A DNA stretch of 63,412 nt, counting the filler, from Reticulomyxa filosa (Eukaryota > Protista > Foraminifera), in assembly GCA_000512085.1 (NCBI GenBank). It is 19 parts of 19 records of this genome, joined end to end, with 100 filler letters (N's around TTAATTAATTAA, not from the genome) between each part and the next. Parts side by side here need not be neighbours in the genome. Positions count along the whole stretch, not along the records: positions 25,407 to 27,630 come from ASPP01025430.1; positions 27,731 to 28,730 come from ASPP01049598.1; positions 28,831 to 31,899 come from ASPP01026878.1; positions 32,000 to 33,077 come from ASPP01040277.1; positions 33,178 to 35,796 come from ASPP01019763.1; positions 35,897 to 36,909 come from ASPP01017529.1; positions 37,010 to 38,084 come from ASPP01032814.1; positions 38,185 to 40,180 come from ASPP01004294.1; 11 more parts are not named here. The stretch is one strand, 5' to 3'. A model generated the notes under the pieces. The model saw nothing but the letters and a program-made list of their open reading frames with translations, had not been told where the DNA came from and did not search any database. The position numbers and the translations under genes were made by a program. Positions 26,807-40,144 of the stretch are shown one piece after another (position 1 is the stretch's first letter; every line of letters begins with the position of its first letter).

Positions 26807-27630
26807 ATGTATGCTCTAAATCGTGGTTTGTTTCGGGGGGGGAGGGTTTGTTGTTTTCACTTCTTGTGATATTTCAAAAGTCCACTAAAACATGATATAA
26901 TATAGAAAATGACGAAATAGTGCCACTTTGTCAAAAACACCAACAAGGTAAACAAAAAAAAGATGACTTGACAAAAAAAAAAAAGAAAGAAAGTGACACG
27001 ACCATAAATTGTCAGATGAAAGAACTTTGCAAAAACAGCACGAGAATGGGGAGCAATATAAGGAAAAAGAAAGAGTGCACATGAAAGCATTGAAAAAGGA
27101 AAATAAGCACCTAAGACATTGTCTAAAGTGTTATCAGGTTAGAATAAGAGATAAATAGTGTGTATGGGATGTTTGGTGTTTTGGAATTGGAAGGGTACAT
27201 AAATATGCACATATATATATATAGCAAACAGTGGAAAGAATCAAAGCAGAGCACAAGAATATGAAAGAATATGTCGACAGTTGGATTGTATTACTCGAGC
27301 AAAGAGGCAGCAATTATGTGACAATGAGCTCGACAGCACTTTTTCCCAATTCAAACAATGTAAGAAAAGACATGTCACCCAATCACAAAAGCAAGTCTGA
27401 CAAGACTTTCTTCCAACTCGTTTGCGAACGTATCCGACAAGACTTTGCCATTGTCGCCAACAACTTGGCGCTCCTCACGTCGCCAAAATGTATTGAACAA
27501 GGACTTTTTTTTAATGACGAGATGGCCAGCAACTATCGACGTCACAGCGATCCGTGCTCCATTCAAGGTACGTATAACGTAAGATGTAATAATGTTTAAT
27601 ATCTCAGATGCATTTAAAAAAAAAAAAAAA
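26807..27630 (+). CDS. Hypothetical coiled-coil protein, multi-exon, truncated
   Basis: Exons HDHKLSDERTLQKQHENGEQYKEKERVHMKALKKENKHLRHCLKCYQ and QTVERIKAEHKNMKEY... have GT/AG borders. Confidence 0.45.
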
Positions 27631-28830
27631 NNNNNNNNNNNNNNNNNNNNNNNNNNNNNNNNNNNNNNNNNNNNTTAATTAATTAANNNNNNNNNNNNNN
27701 NNNNNNNNNNNNNNNNNNNNNNNNNNNNNNTTTTTTTTTTTGTATTATTGAAAAAAAACCAACTTAAAAAATATAAACTGTTTAAGTTTTGTCATTATAA
27801 TTTCAATTTTAAAATTAATTATATATTTTTACATTTTAAAGCTTTACCAAAAAATGCATATGACTCACTTGCACTGAGAAGTCAGATACCAGCGATGCCA
27901 TAGTTATTCTAATTGTCTCGCAACATACAACAGCGTGAATAACACCAACATTACTAATACAATATGTAATCATTGGGATAAAACGTGTATATGCAATATT
28001 TTATCCAACATAGCAAATCGCAGTTTCTAGCATCATTCCTTCATGGCAATTGTGGCATGAATACTTCTTTCAGCAGAAATTTGAAATAGATATGTCAGTG
28101 TGCTTTTGTTAACTCACATATTATACTCTTTTAAAGCGGTTCTAAAAAAGAAATCGCTTTGCATTCGTCAATTTTATTTGATCATGAAAAAGAGTAATTG
28201 ATTTACAATGTTATTGATTATATTAACTTGGCTCCAATTTTTCAACACTGGCTAGTTTTATTAATATACTTGCAGATATAATCTACATTTTTTGATACTT
28301 GAAAGCAAAGTAAATCCAGACAAAAAGGTATAAATTCCGAGAAAGATTTGCAATTTCGTAACACAATTATTTTTCTCCCATTGAAAATTAAAAGAGCAAC
28401 AATCTTCCAAAAAAAACCAAAAAAACAATAAATTTCTCTAAAAAGAGAAAGTAATAGAGCAATAAGCATTAGTTATTTATTCTTGATGATTCTTTTAGAA
28501 AAGAAATAAATTATAACAAATAAACACGTTTACAAATGCATTTTGAAGATAAGACTTGCATTTTAGCTAACATTTGAACACCTTTTTTGGAAACAACCAA
28601 TCCCAAATCCGAAACATAATATAAAGGTTGTTTATTAGCAATTTGATTAGTAATAGGACAAATAATAATACTTTGATGAGGTTTAATCCATCGAACATCT
28701 TGACTAAGTTGATTTAATTTTGATCTTGTANNNNNNNNNNNNNNNNNNNNNNNNNNNNNNNNNNNNNNNNNNNNTTAATTAATTAANNNNNNNNNNNNNN
28801 NNNNNNNNNNNNNNNNNNNNNNNNNNNNNN

Positions 28831-29579
28831 CCCCCAACCCCACACTTGTGAACGACCCAACAAAACCAAACCCACAATTGCACGCCCCCAACAACACGTT
28901 TTCGGCATCGTCCTTCCATCCCACTGCTCTGCACACCGTGAATCTGGGCTTGGGGTCAATGTCTTTGCCACCGTTGCCACCGTTGCCTCCGTTGCCATTG
29001 CTACCGTCCCTGCCATCGTTACAATCGCTCCCACCATTGCAACCACTCCATTCCAAACTCAATTCCGGTATTGTTGTTCATTGTCATATGTCTTATGTCA
29101 TATATCATATAATCAAACCCTTCTTTTTTTTTATTATTTGAAAGATAAATAAAAAATATATGTACCATAATACAGAAAACGAAAATGGCCAGTGTCAACC
29201 ATTGGTCGTCGACTTGAATATGATCAATGAATGCGTGGTCCAACTGCTGTCGCAACTGACCAACCATGGTAGCCACTCCAATGGTCTCTTGTGTCCGCCA
29301 AACCCATTTGCCAATGTCAATGGCAATAGCAATAGCAATAATAGTGGCAGAAACGGAAGCATGTTTGTGACCCCGTTGTCTTTGGATGGCAAGGGCAACG
29401 ATAGTGTTGCAAACATTTTGAATAGTGCTGACACTATCGACAAATCTGCTGTGTGTGCAAAAATGTCCATTCATTCTAATGGCACATCCTCACTTAATAA
29501 TATCTCTATCGCTGCAAATCAGCCCCTTGCTAACAATTCTAAACACCCAACTCTTTTGTATCCCACCAAAGAATTTTAA
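28831..29579 (+). CDS. Pro/Asn/Ser low-complexity C-terminus of an unknown gene
   Basis: An exon with LPP repeats (28831 to ~29067), an intron, then an Asn-rich exon ending at TAA 29579. Confidence 0.5.
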
Positions 29580-30689
29580 TCCTCTTCTTCATTGTCATTG
29601 TTTTTTATTTTTTTATTATTATTATTATCATTCATCATTTTTTTTTTTTTATTTATTCAAGCCTTTTTTTGTGGGTGCAAACACCCCCCCCCCCTTTTCA
29701 AATATGAACGGAAGAAAAAGAAGAAATAACAAAATATCCATCTTTTTCTTTGCTTTTTTGTGTATTTTTCTCATTCATTGATTTTTCATTTTTTTTTTTT
29801 TTAAAATAGAAACGCTCTGAATTGTTGTTTCTTTCCAAGACTTTGCTCTGGTTTTGGTTGATTTTGTATTTTTTCCATCATAAATTTTTTTTCTATTTTA
29901 TTCCTTCTATTTTAATTATTTTAAAACCTGATTTTCCACTTCATATGTTTTATTGTGTCATACTATGCCAAACAGAAATGACATTATTTTTATTTAATTA
30001 ATTGAGCAGATGCTGTGATTGGTTTGACTTTTTTGTCTGGTGTCATTTCATTTGGCTGTTCAAACAATTTGTTTCTTCATAAACAAAGTCATCTTCATAA
30101 TTTATAACTTAAATATTCACTAATGTTTTGTTTACTTTTAGTTTTGGGTTGTTTATAGGTAATTTTTTTTTGAAAAAAAACTTTCTACGGAGTTGACGGT
30201 GGTTGCTTAAAAGAGGTAAACATGACAATTCAAAATTTGGCATTGTAATCTTTTTGTGAATCAAAACATATCTTTTGTTAAGCATATTAAGTGTGGCGCT
30301 AAGTTGGAACACACGGGAAGGTCACTTTCTTTTGCCAAACACAAGGTTCTTGTGAAATACTAAGAATTCAGCAAAATATCTCATAATAATAAATACACCT
30401 GACCATACGATAGTATAATTTAGATATGCAAAGGATATGAAATTCGTAAAAGAAATATGAATATTGGGAGACAATCCAAGTTTTGTATGGGATTGAATGA
30501 AAATTTTTTGTTTCAATACATTTCAGTATAGATCTTTTTTTTGGAAATTAATAAGAAAAAAACGAATTGAAAATAGCAGAATTTACATTTGTGACAATAG
30601 CCAACCATTGTAAACACAAAAAATAATTTATTTTTGGGACACCCGCGAGAAAACCAACTCTGTTTTTTTTAAAATAAATTTTTGGAGAG

Positions 30690-31899
30690 ATGCTCGCAGA
30701 TGGTGCTACCAAAGAATCTTTGAGTGAACCGTCAAAGAAATTTGAAAAGCTTGAACGATCTTTCAGCAATCTCGAAAGAGACATCCTTAAGAGAACATGG
30801 AAGTGTTGTCGTGGAAACTACAAACACGCAAAGTCTGTGCTGAGTTGTATCATTAAGAATAAGTTACAAGTGTATTTTTTATTACGACATAGCTTTCAAA
30901 CACAAAAGTAAATGTAAACACAGAATGCCATTGAATCAACAAAATTGTTTGCTGATATTATTGGAAACATTTGGTAATCGAATTGACAAAGCAAATATTA
31001 TTGACATGTGGTTTCAATGTAATCAAATCTTTGCGAACGCACGATTCGAGTTGAAAGAGAAATGTTCCAATTTGGATCTCAATGAGTTTACAAAAAGATA
31101 TATAATTTTTCCTTGGCTTGCCCTCTTTTCAAACACATATTTGTCTGTGTATTTTCATACGTGTTTAATTGAATGAACTTTTGATAGATTGGAGGAAAAG
31201 CACGAATTGAAAATTGAAAGGGAAATGTGTTTGCATGTGTTGTGGAATCTCTTATATAAACCGAAGAGTACCAAGTATCATCAAATCGGCAATGACACTT
31301 TAATTGACAACTTGAAACGTAAATGTGATCAATCTGGCGCTGATTTTGCAAAAGTGTCAAAGAATATGGAACAGCACTTTGATACAATTGGATTCCAAAA
31401 ACGGGAAGATAAAAAAAGCTGGATTTGTGAAAAACATGATCAACCAATGTGGCTTTGGAAGTGTTATCGCAAATGGATCAACAAACAGAAAATGTGTATT
31501 TATTTGTTTATTTGTATATCTTTATCATTGTAAGATGCAATCTAATGAACAACAACGACACAAAACGAACAGTTACAAGATACGATTTGGAATTCCAAAA
31601 AGTATATGGATGTTTAAGAATAAGAAATGGAAGGAGTATGAAATTCTTTTTGATTATGAACATCGAAGAATTGTATTGCTGAATATAAATCAAGGAAATG
31701 AAATGCGAAAATATAAAGTTGAATCATTGCAAATTGGAAATCCAAAGAAATCAGTTATTGAACTTGATGTTGACATTCAATGGAGCAATGATATTTCTGA
31801 CATTGAAACTACTGAAATCAAATGGTGTCATCTTGTTCTCAATAAGTCTTGGCATTTTCGCATGCTTACCAATTCCTTACGAGAATGTCTTTCCAATTG
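30690..31899 (+). CDS. Lineage-expanded protein with two CUE-like repeats and a PUB-like domain, 3'-truncated
   Basis: Four exons. CUE-like LERSFSNLERDILKRTW and LLETFGNRIDKANIIDMW; PUB-like CLHVLWNLLYKPKSTKYHQI...FDTIGFQK; then KKWKEYEILFDYEHRRIVLL. Confidence 0.6.
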
Positions 31900-33862
31900 N
31901 NNNNNNNNNNNNNNNNNNNNNNNNNNNNNNNNNNNNNNNNNNNTTAATTAATTAANNNNNNNNNNNNNNNNNNNNNNNNNNNNNNNNNNNNNNNNNNNNT
32001 GGGGCGCCGCCTTATTCTTTCTTTTTTTTTTTGATTTTCCCTTTATTTGCTTTTTTTTTAAATTTGTTGGTATACATAGTGATGACAAAAAAATGCCACA
32101 AAAGTAAAGCAAAGAAGATTTTTTGTTTTAAACATTTTGTTTAAATCAAATTTTTATTATTTTTTTGTGTAAAAAAACATCTAGCTGCTTTAGACTAACT
32201 TTGCTTACTGAGGCGTGATTTGGAGTGAAGACCCAATTGACAATTTTATCGTATGACCGCGTAGTGAGTTATGGCGTCTTTTGCTTTGTACTGTGCGGCC
32301 CATTTGACGTTTTGAACATTGGAATGGACTAACGGTAATTGTTGGCTTGCTGTCAGTGCGGATGCGATGAGCGCCGCACTGGACGTTCGCAGAATTGATG
32401 CATAGTCCCCTCTCTTTTTATCGGCACTTGGCACTGAAGCCGTTGACAATTGGTAAGCGGACAGCAAGTATTGACTCATTGCATTTATCAGTCAAAACTT
32501 TTTTTTTTGTTTTTGCTGTGATAATTATCAACAAAGTAAAATTAAATTTTTTGCATGATACTTTTTTGAGAATGTGTGAAAGATAGCCCAGTAAGGGATT
32601 ATAAATGACATTATTGTTATTGAAATTGCATTTGACAGAAGATGATCAAATGCCGACAAGTCAAATTGTTTTTTATCAACTAGTTTTTTTCTTTTCTCAA
32701 GAATCATTTCAATTTCATATTTTAGGGATTGAGATAAATTTTGTTTATCCTATTTGGAAAAATAAAAGGGCTTCGCAAGCTTCAATTGTTGTCTTCTTTT
32801 TCATTTCGCAAGACAGCAAATGAAACGTGCTTTGTTTGATGAAATTTTGTTATGTTGGACTACCCTGAGCGTAGCTTTTTTTTTGGGACTTAACATTGAT
32901 ATAATTCAAACTTGTATTAAGAAAGAAATAAAGATAGATTTAGAAATTATATATAATGCATGCATTTCCAAAAATGAAACTTATATTGTACAATTTATAA
33001 TAATGAAGACACATTTATTATTTAATAGCAAAATGCTCCATTATATTTAGATAATGAAAATTAAAACGATGTGAATTNNNNNNNNNNNNNNNNNNNNNNN
33101 NNNNNNNNNNNNNNNNNNNNNTTAATTAATTAANNNNNNNNNNNNNNNNNNNNNNNNNNNNNNNNNNNNNNNNNNNNGAACAAACAGAGTTCAAATAATC
33201 GTATTTGTAAAACAGACAATGACACAAACATTCAATTATTGGTTTTTGGTTTGGCGACATTCAATCCTTATATTCGATTGAGCTGATAATAATACCAATT
33301 TCGATGCTTTGAATCATCCTAAGAACTCCTTTTGAAAATATCATGAAATATCTTTGTTTGTCTTTTTATTTGCTGCCTCGGCTGCAGTGTGCTCCCTTTC
33401 GTCCAGTCTCCTATTCGTACCTTTGCTAACCACAGTCGGGTCCACCACATTTCCTTAGATTTTTACACTTTTTTTTTTTGAGGACGCTGGATCGAGAGCA
33501 GTTCTTGCCTTATTTTCTTATCCACGTTCATCTTGGTCGAGAGAGGAGATAAGAATACGGTTATTGGGTAACAATAGAGTTTCACGGTTATCAATTTTTT
33601 TTGTGTTGAAATTATGCAATTTTATCTTTTTTCACAATACAAATGTATTTTTTCATAATTGTAAGCATTTTTGTTGATTAACACCCTCTTCTCTATCAGA
33701 AAAAAATTTTGCTTCAAAAAAAAGTTTAATTATTTTTTAATCAAGTATTAATGATAACATTGTGGTTTTTATAAAAGAAACTTTAGTTTTAGAAAAAAAA
33801 GGTCAACTGATTGCTTGTTTTTAAGTTTCATTTGAAATTTCTTAGATTGCTGAAGAAAAGAG

Positions 33863-34395
33863 ATGGTTCGTGGTTGACCATGTTCTTTTATCCACATAAA
33901 AAATATAAGCCCATCAAAATTTGGAGCTAGTTGATCTTTTTTGTGGTCGTTGTTTTGTTCGTGTAGGCAAAGAGTGAATTCAAAAAAATTGGTCGACGAA
34001 GCAATTGCATCAGCTCCCGTTGTATTGTTTACAAAAGTGCATTGCCCATATTGCGCTCGTGTGAAAAGTTTATTACAGACAAAAACAGAAAAGACAGATC
34101 CTCGAATTTTTGAATTGGACAAAGACTTGTCCTCATCCGAGGTATCTGACGTGCAGGACTATTTGAAGGAGTTGACTGGCCAAAGAACTGCTCCACGGGT
34201 GTTCATTGGCAAGTCTTCCATTGGAGGATGCGATGATACCTACAAACTTAGTGATAATAACAAGTTGACGGGACTGATTGACCAGTTGAGATTTTTTTTT
34301 GTTTGGAAAGATATCTATAAATGCCAAGTTTTTTCATTTTTTAAAAAAATAGAGCCAAGAAAGACTTCGCTGCGAAAAGCAAGACAGATGGCTGA
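33863..34395 (+). CDS. Dithiol glutaredoxin (CPYC), 3 exons, one apparent +1 frameshift
   Basis: VVLFTKVHCPYC, TGQRTAPRVFIGKSSIGGCDD. ATG, then intron 33866-33966, then AKSEFKK; this joins LVDEAI if the A7 run (33982-33988) is A6. Last exon 34353-34395. Confidence 0.93.
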
Positions 34396-34886
34396 CTAGT
34401 CTTGGAAAACAAAAAAAATACATTGACTAGATCAAGATTGTGAGATTTTATATCTTTTGTTTGGATTTTTTGGTCCGATAATTTTTTTTGGTAATTATAA
34501 TATAGATTTTTAAATTTTGATTCTCACTGATCTTCAACTGCCTCTTGCTTTTTTGTGGCTTAAAAATTAAAATGCCAAGCCGATGAGGCAATTTACTAGC
34601 AACAATATTCGGTTGAGCAATTGTCCAATTTTGTTTATGATTTTCCCTTAGCTTAAAAAAAGATAGAAGACTATTCCACATTATTTTTAATTTGTGCAAG
34701 CCATTCACAAAAAACAAAGCTTTTTCTAAAAAAAGAAAATTGAGCAATACTTTCGATTTTGAAAGCATTTTTTAAAAATTTTTTATTTTTATCATTTAAA
34801 ATCTTTACGTTTCAGAGTGCACTGTAAAGAGGGGCCAAACAAAAAAGAAAAGATTGAGTGGAGGACTCGGTTGTTTTAGCAGCAAC

Positions 34887-35796
34887 ATGAAACCATCGTT
34901 AGTAGAAATTATATTGGTGGCGTTGCACGTATTAAGCGCGTTTTACGTGGTGTCAAGCGCAAGTGACTTGGCCAAAGACGACTCAAGCGAAAACGGCCAA
35001 AAATATTCAAATAACAAAGACGATATGGCTATATCGATAACATCATGGAATACGTTGGCCAAACATTCTATCAGTCAAATGTGGATATCAAAAACGTGTG
35101 AATGTGTGCAATGTCCAAGTGGCCATAACAACGTAACAATATTGTCGTTGGTGCAAATTTTCAACAATGGTCCGCTGCAATCAAAAAACGAAAGTATACG
35201 TCTTCTCAGAAGAAGCAATCAAATGCAGTCCAAGAAAAATATATATGTCAAGACGCTTGCAATGAACACTTTTCCACACATTTCGGAAATATCACCGTTA
35301 TCGTACGTATCAATATCCAAAGCATTATCACACAGGTACATAACAGTGATATAAAGACCTAATAAAAAAAAATGTCACAAAAAAAAAAGGGGAGGTTTAC
35401 GTATAACAAGAGATTTAAGAATGATTAGTGATTGTGTGTATGACGGATTGGATTTGAAATGAATTTTTTAAAAAAAACAAAAACATAGTGTATTGGCTAG
35501 TATTGAAGTAGAAGCAGATGTCATGGTGATAATAAGCGTACCACAGTCGAATGGGGTGTGCAAATGGTTTGGGCAGCTAGCATTCAATACATTGTATGTT
35601 ATCAGTTGCTCCGGTACCACGTTGGCGCGATCATTGAATTTGTACACCAACAATACCCACAGTTGCATCGAGTATATAATTCCAAAATCCACTCGCAATA
35701 TATTATCATCAACACGACTCGCAATGCACCGACAAGTGGATGATACAATCGCCAATCGTCAAGTCACAAGTCAATACGCGATTAACACTTTGCAAA
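34887..35796 (+). CDS. Putative secreted/surface protein, 3'-truncated
   Basis: Signal-peptide-like MKPSLVEIILVALHVLSAFYVVSSA; two exon-like ORFs. Confidence 0.5.
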
Positions 35797-35896
35797 NNNN
35801 NNNNNNNNNNNNNNNNNNNNNNNNNNNNNNNNNNNNNNNNTTAATTAATTAANNNNNNNNNNNNNNNNNNNNNNNNNNNNNNNNNNNNNNNNNNNN

Positions 35897-36909
35897 AAAA
35901 AAAAAAATTTTATTATAATACGTACATAAATATGTACATAAAAAAAAAAAATAATATACGTATAGCGTACAAAAATAACCAAAGTATGTATTGGCATATG
36001 GCAGAATGAAGGAAAATAACATGGAAACGATCCCTTGCAACACCAAGCCAACAGTGATGAAACGTACTCCCTTCATAAAGTCTTGTATTGAGAACTTTCT
36101 GGAGAAGCGTTAGGATCTCCTTTGAAAATGCTGATTCCCCCATAGCTGGTGATGAACAAGGCTTGAAGACTTATTTGCAGCCAACCCAGCCATTGCGTGA
36201 CCCAATACACCTTAAATATATTTGGGAATTTCCACTTTCGCAATTGTTGATACTTTCTCTTGTATTCCCTATATTTGCTACCTTCTTTCCAAGACCAGTT
36301 TTGTTGTTTCTTGCGTTGACGCATACCTTTCATTGACACCACGCACGCATACACACACACACATAATTGATAAATATGCACAAATGATAAATAGCAACAA
36401 GACAAACCATATTTAAGGCGTTTAGGCTTCAATCGATAACGCGAGGCATAGCGATGGTGTTTGGTATCATAACCGACGCGCTTTGTTGTTCCGTTTTTAC
36501 TTTTTTTGCTGAAAGCGCTTACGGACTGATTATCTCTCTGCTGCGGCTCATCTGCATGTTCACTTCGAAGAGGGTCGACAGGTATCTGTCTTTCGTATTC
36601 GTCCATTTGTTCTTCAACTTTGGTGACGTCATGACCGTCATTGACATCATTATCCTGTTTGACGACAAAAATGTCATTGCGTTGATTCAAAGATGTGGAG
36701 TTCTTCTCCGACACTCGAGTGGGAGTGGTGGTGGCAACACCGTCTCCCGAATTGTATTGCGGTTTATTGCCGCCATTGTCGCTAATGGATTTCACTTCCA
36801 TTTTCTCATAATCGTCGCCTTCCGAATAAGGAAGTTCGTCATATGGCTTTATGTACGCATCTTCTACTTCTTCGTCCTCGTCTTTGTCCCTATCCTCATC
36901 TTCATCTTC
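35897..36909 (-). CDS. SLC45/SUC-type (GPH family) sugar-H+ symporter fragment
   Basis: A long hydrophilic central loop is followed by PNIFKVYWVTQWLGW...LFITSYGGISIFKGDPNAS...QY, then after a frameshift near 36083 DFMKGVRFITVGLVLQGIVSMLFS. This matches the GDP...GVR-x-x-x-GL signature of TM7-8. Confidence 0.75.
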
Positions 36910-37086
36910 NNNNNNNNNNNNNNNNNNNNNNNNNNNNNNNNNNNNNNNNNNNNTTAATTAATTAANNNNNNNNNNNNNNNNNNNNNNNNNNNNNNNNNNN
37001 NNNNNNNNNTATACATACGTACGCTCATATAATATACATATATTATATTATATCTAATTCACTTTTGTGTTGGACTTGCTTGTACA

Positions 37087-37305
37087 GAGGAATACATTGA
37101 GAAAAAAAAAATTCGGCTGCGAGATCCCTTTGATAGCGAATATGATGTGACGCTCCGAGAAATGCTTTTTGGAAAAATTAATGTTTTCCATGGCAAATTG
37201 GACTGGATGTTGTACGACTTTGATACCTTGGCTTGTGTCAATTTCTTTGTGTCACCTCATTGCACGGCCAGTGATCATGATTATTTGGTTGTTGATTTCA
37301 AGTGA
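37087..37305 (+). CDS. Endonuclease/exonuclease/phosphatase (EEP) domain protein, last exon
   Basis: LRDPFDSEYDVTL...HGKLDWMLY...ASDHDYLVVDFK* carries the catalytic LD and SDH motifs. Not in the ORF track. Confidence 0.7.
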   Translation, partial: EEYIEKKKIRLRDPFDSEYDVTLREMLFGKINVFHGKLDWMLYDFDTLACVNFFVSPHCTASDHDYLVVDFK

Positions 37306-38184
37306 CATTGCTGCTCAAATGTGTCTTTTCAATTGCCATTTTTAATATATGTTTTATTAGTTTCGTGCTTTTGGTATATAACAACAACCTTTTTTTTCAT
37401 ACTGAGGAAGATACAAAACCAACTTCGCAAAAAAAGCTCTTTCCCTAAATTTTATGAAACGTGCAAACTAAAAATACCGCTTCCGTCAGAACCAAACAAC
37501 AAATACGAACCAGCAAAAATACGCTGACGACATAAATAGCATTTAAGGATGCATTGACAACAATTTTAACGAGCATTTTCTTGAAATTATTTTCAAAATT
37601 GTATAGTGATCAATCTTTAATTTTTCAAATAAATGTTAATACTGTTGAAAAGCGCGACAATACAAAGATTTGGTTAAGATACAACAATAATTTTTCATAT
37701 TCTATTTTGGCAACGATTAAATTCAAACAGTAAAAAAACATTAGCACGAAAGATAATCAAGATAAACAACTTATAAAATGAATCAAACAACTAAAGATTA
37801 ACAGCAAGCGAAATAGCGCAACAGTGAGTCTAGCAGCACGATACGACACAAACAATACTGGTATGACATAAATGATAAAAGTTATTCATGTTAGTCTCAA
37901 CAAGCGAAAGCAATACGTTTTACTTAAACAACTTCAGTGCTTTCATTCGTTTAAATTTCATTTTTTAATCAAATTTTTTCAGATTTTTACAAAACAAAGA
38001 GAATAACGATAAGTATTGTAGAGAGATTCAAGAAAGAGAACTCAGCTAAACTAAACGTATAAGAAAATTGAGAATAAAGAGAATNNNNNNNNNNNNNNNN
38101 NNNNNNNNNNNNNNNNNNNNNNNNNNNNTTAATTAATTAANNNNNNNNNNNNNNNNNNNNNNNNNNNNNNNNNNNNNNNNNNNN

Positions 38185-40144
38185 GAAATACAAATAAACA
38201 GCGCGATTGTAAAACCAAGCGAATTTAACCCATTTCATGGATCGTATGAAGGTGCCTTTGGTGGTAACCCACCCAAATACTTCTTCGCAAACCAATGGCA
38301 AGTTAATTGCAATGATCCAAAGCAAGGCCACGATTACAAATGTCCAAGATATCATTACATAACCTTGCGATTCACCGCCCAAGTTTGCGAGTAAGATATG
38401 CTTTTTTTTTTTTTAAAACAAAAAATGACAAACAAGTCAAAACAAAACAAAATCAAGTAAGGTTGCACTAATCAATTATACATACGCACAAAATATATGG
38501 ACACATATACATATACGTATATAGATATACCCGACTGAGATGCATCAAAGTATGGAAACTTGAGTCAGTAGGAACGGAGAAATCAGTGGAAAGCGTAAAG
38601 TTTGACTGCATGTAAAAGATGGAAAAGATCAATGCTATCATCACCCCAACTTCGAGGAATACTCCAAGTATGGCCAATACGTTTGGCCAGGTTATCCGAA
38701 TATAATGTGCGGTGTAATCGTCGTTTGAAAATCCCCACAATACAACGGAGGTCTCCGAGACGGCTCCAGGAGCATTTTCTTCTTGTTTCTTTGCGGAGTC
38801 GAGGACCAAGAGATTGGCACAATCTTGGCAATAGGGCTTTTTGAGGGCATCGCAAGTAGTGAAGTTGACGCAATAGTGGCAATTGGAAGTAATTTGCTTC
38901 TCACAGAAGGCGCAATTGGACAAGTATCGATTTCGATCGTTGGGCAAAGGTCCGTATTGTAAGCGTTGCTGGCATTGTGAACATTGGCGAGGTAGATGCA
39001 CAGTTGCAGGGGCGTTACCAGTTCGGTCTTGTCTTCGGAAAGGAGAATTTGTAGGATCGTTATTTCTTGCAGTGAATCCAAAGAGAGCCAAGGAGGATGC
39101 TATTTTTTTTTTTAAAAAAAAAAAACAAGGGATAAAAGATAAATTATGTACAAATAATCAAAAAAAAAAAAGTTATTACCAAAGCAAATGGCTAAGACAA
39201 CAAAGCACATGCTATACAGTATCGTCTGTGTTGTAACAGTATCTGCATGAGTTGACCATGATCCATTCTTTGGAATATTGCTGCCCAGCATTGTTATCAA
39301 TAAATATATCAAACCTCCAAACCTAATGTAATTATCATCGGACCAACATCTTATTTTAATAAAATAAATAATACAATCACACAACACAACACACAAAACA
39401 TACCAAAGGAAAATTGCAAGGAGCTGTCGAATGAGACGTGGCACTTTTGGAAACGAAGTTGCAAACAACTCCAAAAATCCGGCTATTGTCATAAACACAA
39501 CATCATCATTAAAATTTGTATACGTATACGTATATATATGTGCGTGTGTGTAAACCTGCAGGAAGCAAAGTGGCGAATACGAGACTTGCAATTGCGAATT
39601 TATACGTTTTCCAAGCGAACAGCAAAGTGAAGATTTGATAGAAATCACCCCAAATCAGTTGTGCTTGATCTTGTGCGATTTTGGCGGCCAGTTTCAATGT
39701 CATTCGACTTCGACCACGCTTGCGGCCTCCATCGGCGAGTTCACTAATGAACTCAAACAGGCGCACCAAGGTGACAATGATAAGGAGCGACCAGAACAAG
39801 AAGCGAACGAGGTAGAGTATGTCTCGGATATTGCCACGGAGCTGTTGTTTCAATATCAATCCCAGTCCAAAGCGTAGCGAGGGAGGTTCCAAAGGCACCA
39901 CTTTCATTTCCGTCACGCCCTCTCCCATGTTCTCGGTGACAATGACTTTGCGATTTTTGCGCATCCACACACGGACTAAACGATAGCTATCGCGGAGTAA
40001 AGGCAGTATTCGATACACTGTCAGAGCGAGCAGAGCCGTGAGGAATATGGCTACAACGTCCGACACTGCTTTCATAAATGACACTCGGATTTGTTTGTAC
40101 ATCAGACTTGATGATTTGTTGATGAATGGGCCTATTGTTTGCAA
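38185..40144 (-). CDS. Large polytopic membrane protein fragment with a Cys-rich insert
   Basis: About 5 hydrophobic exons; the insert reads CSQC...CAFC...CHYC...C...YCQDC. Confidence 0.6.

Noticed and set aside
32246-32479. GC-richer 77-aa ORF
   Set aside because: No motif or splice context to support it.
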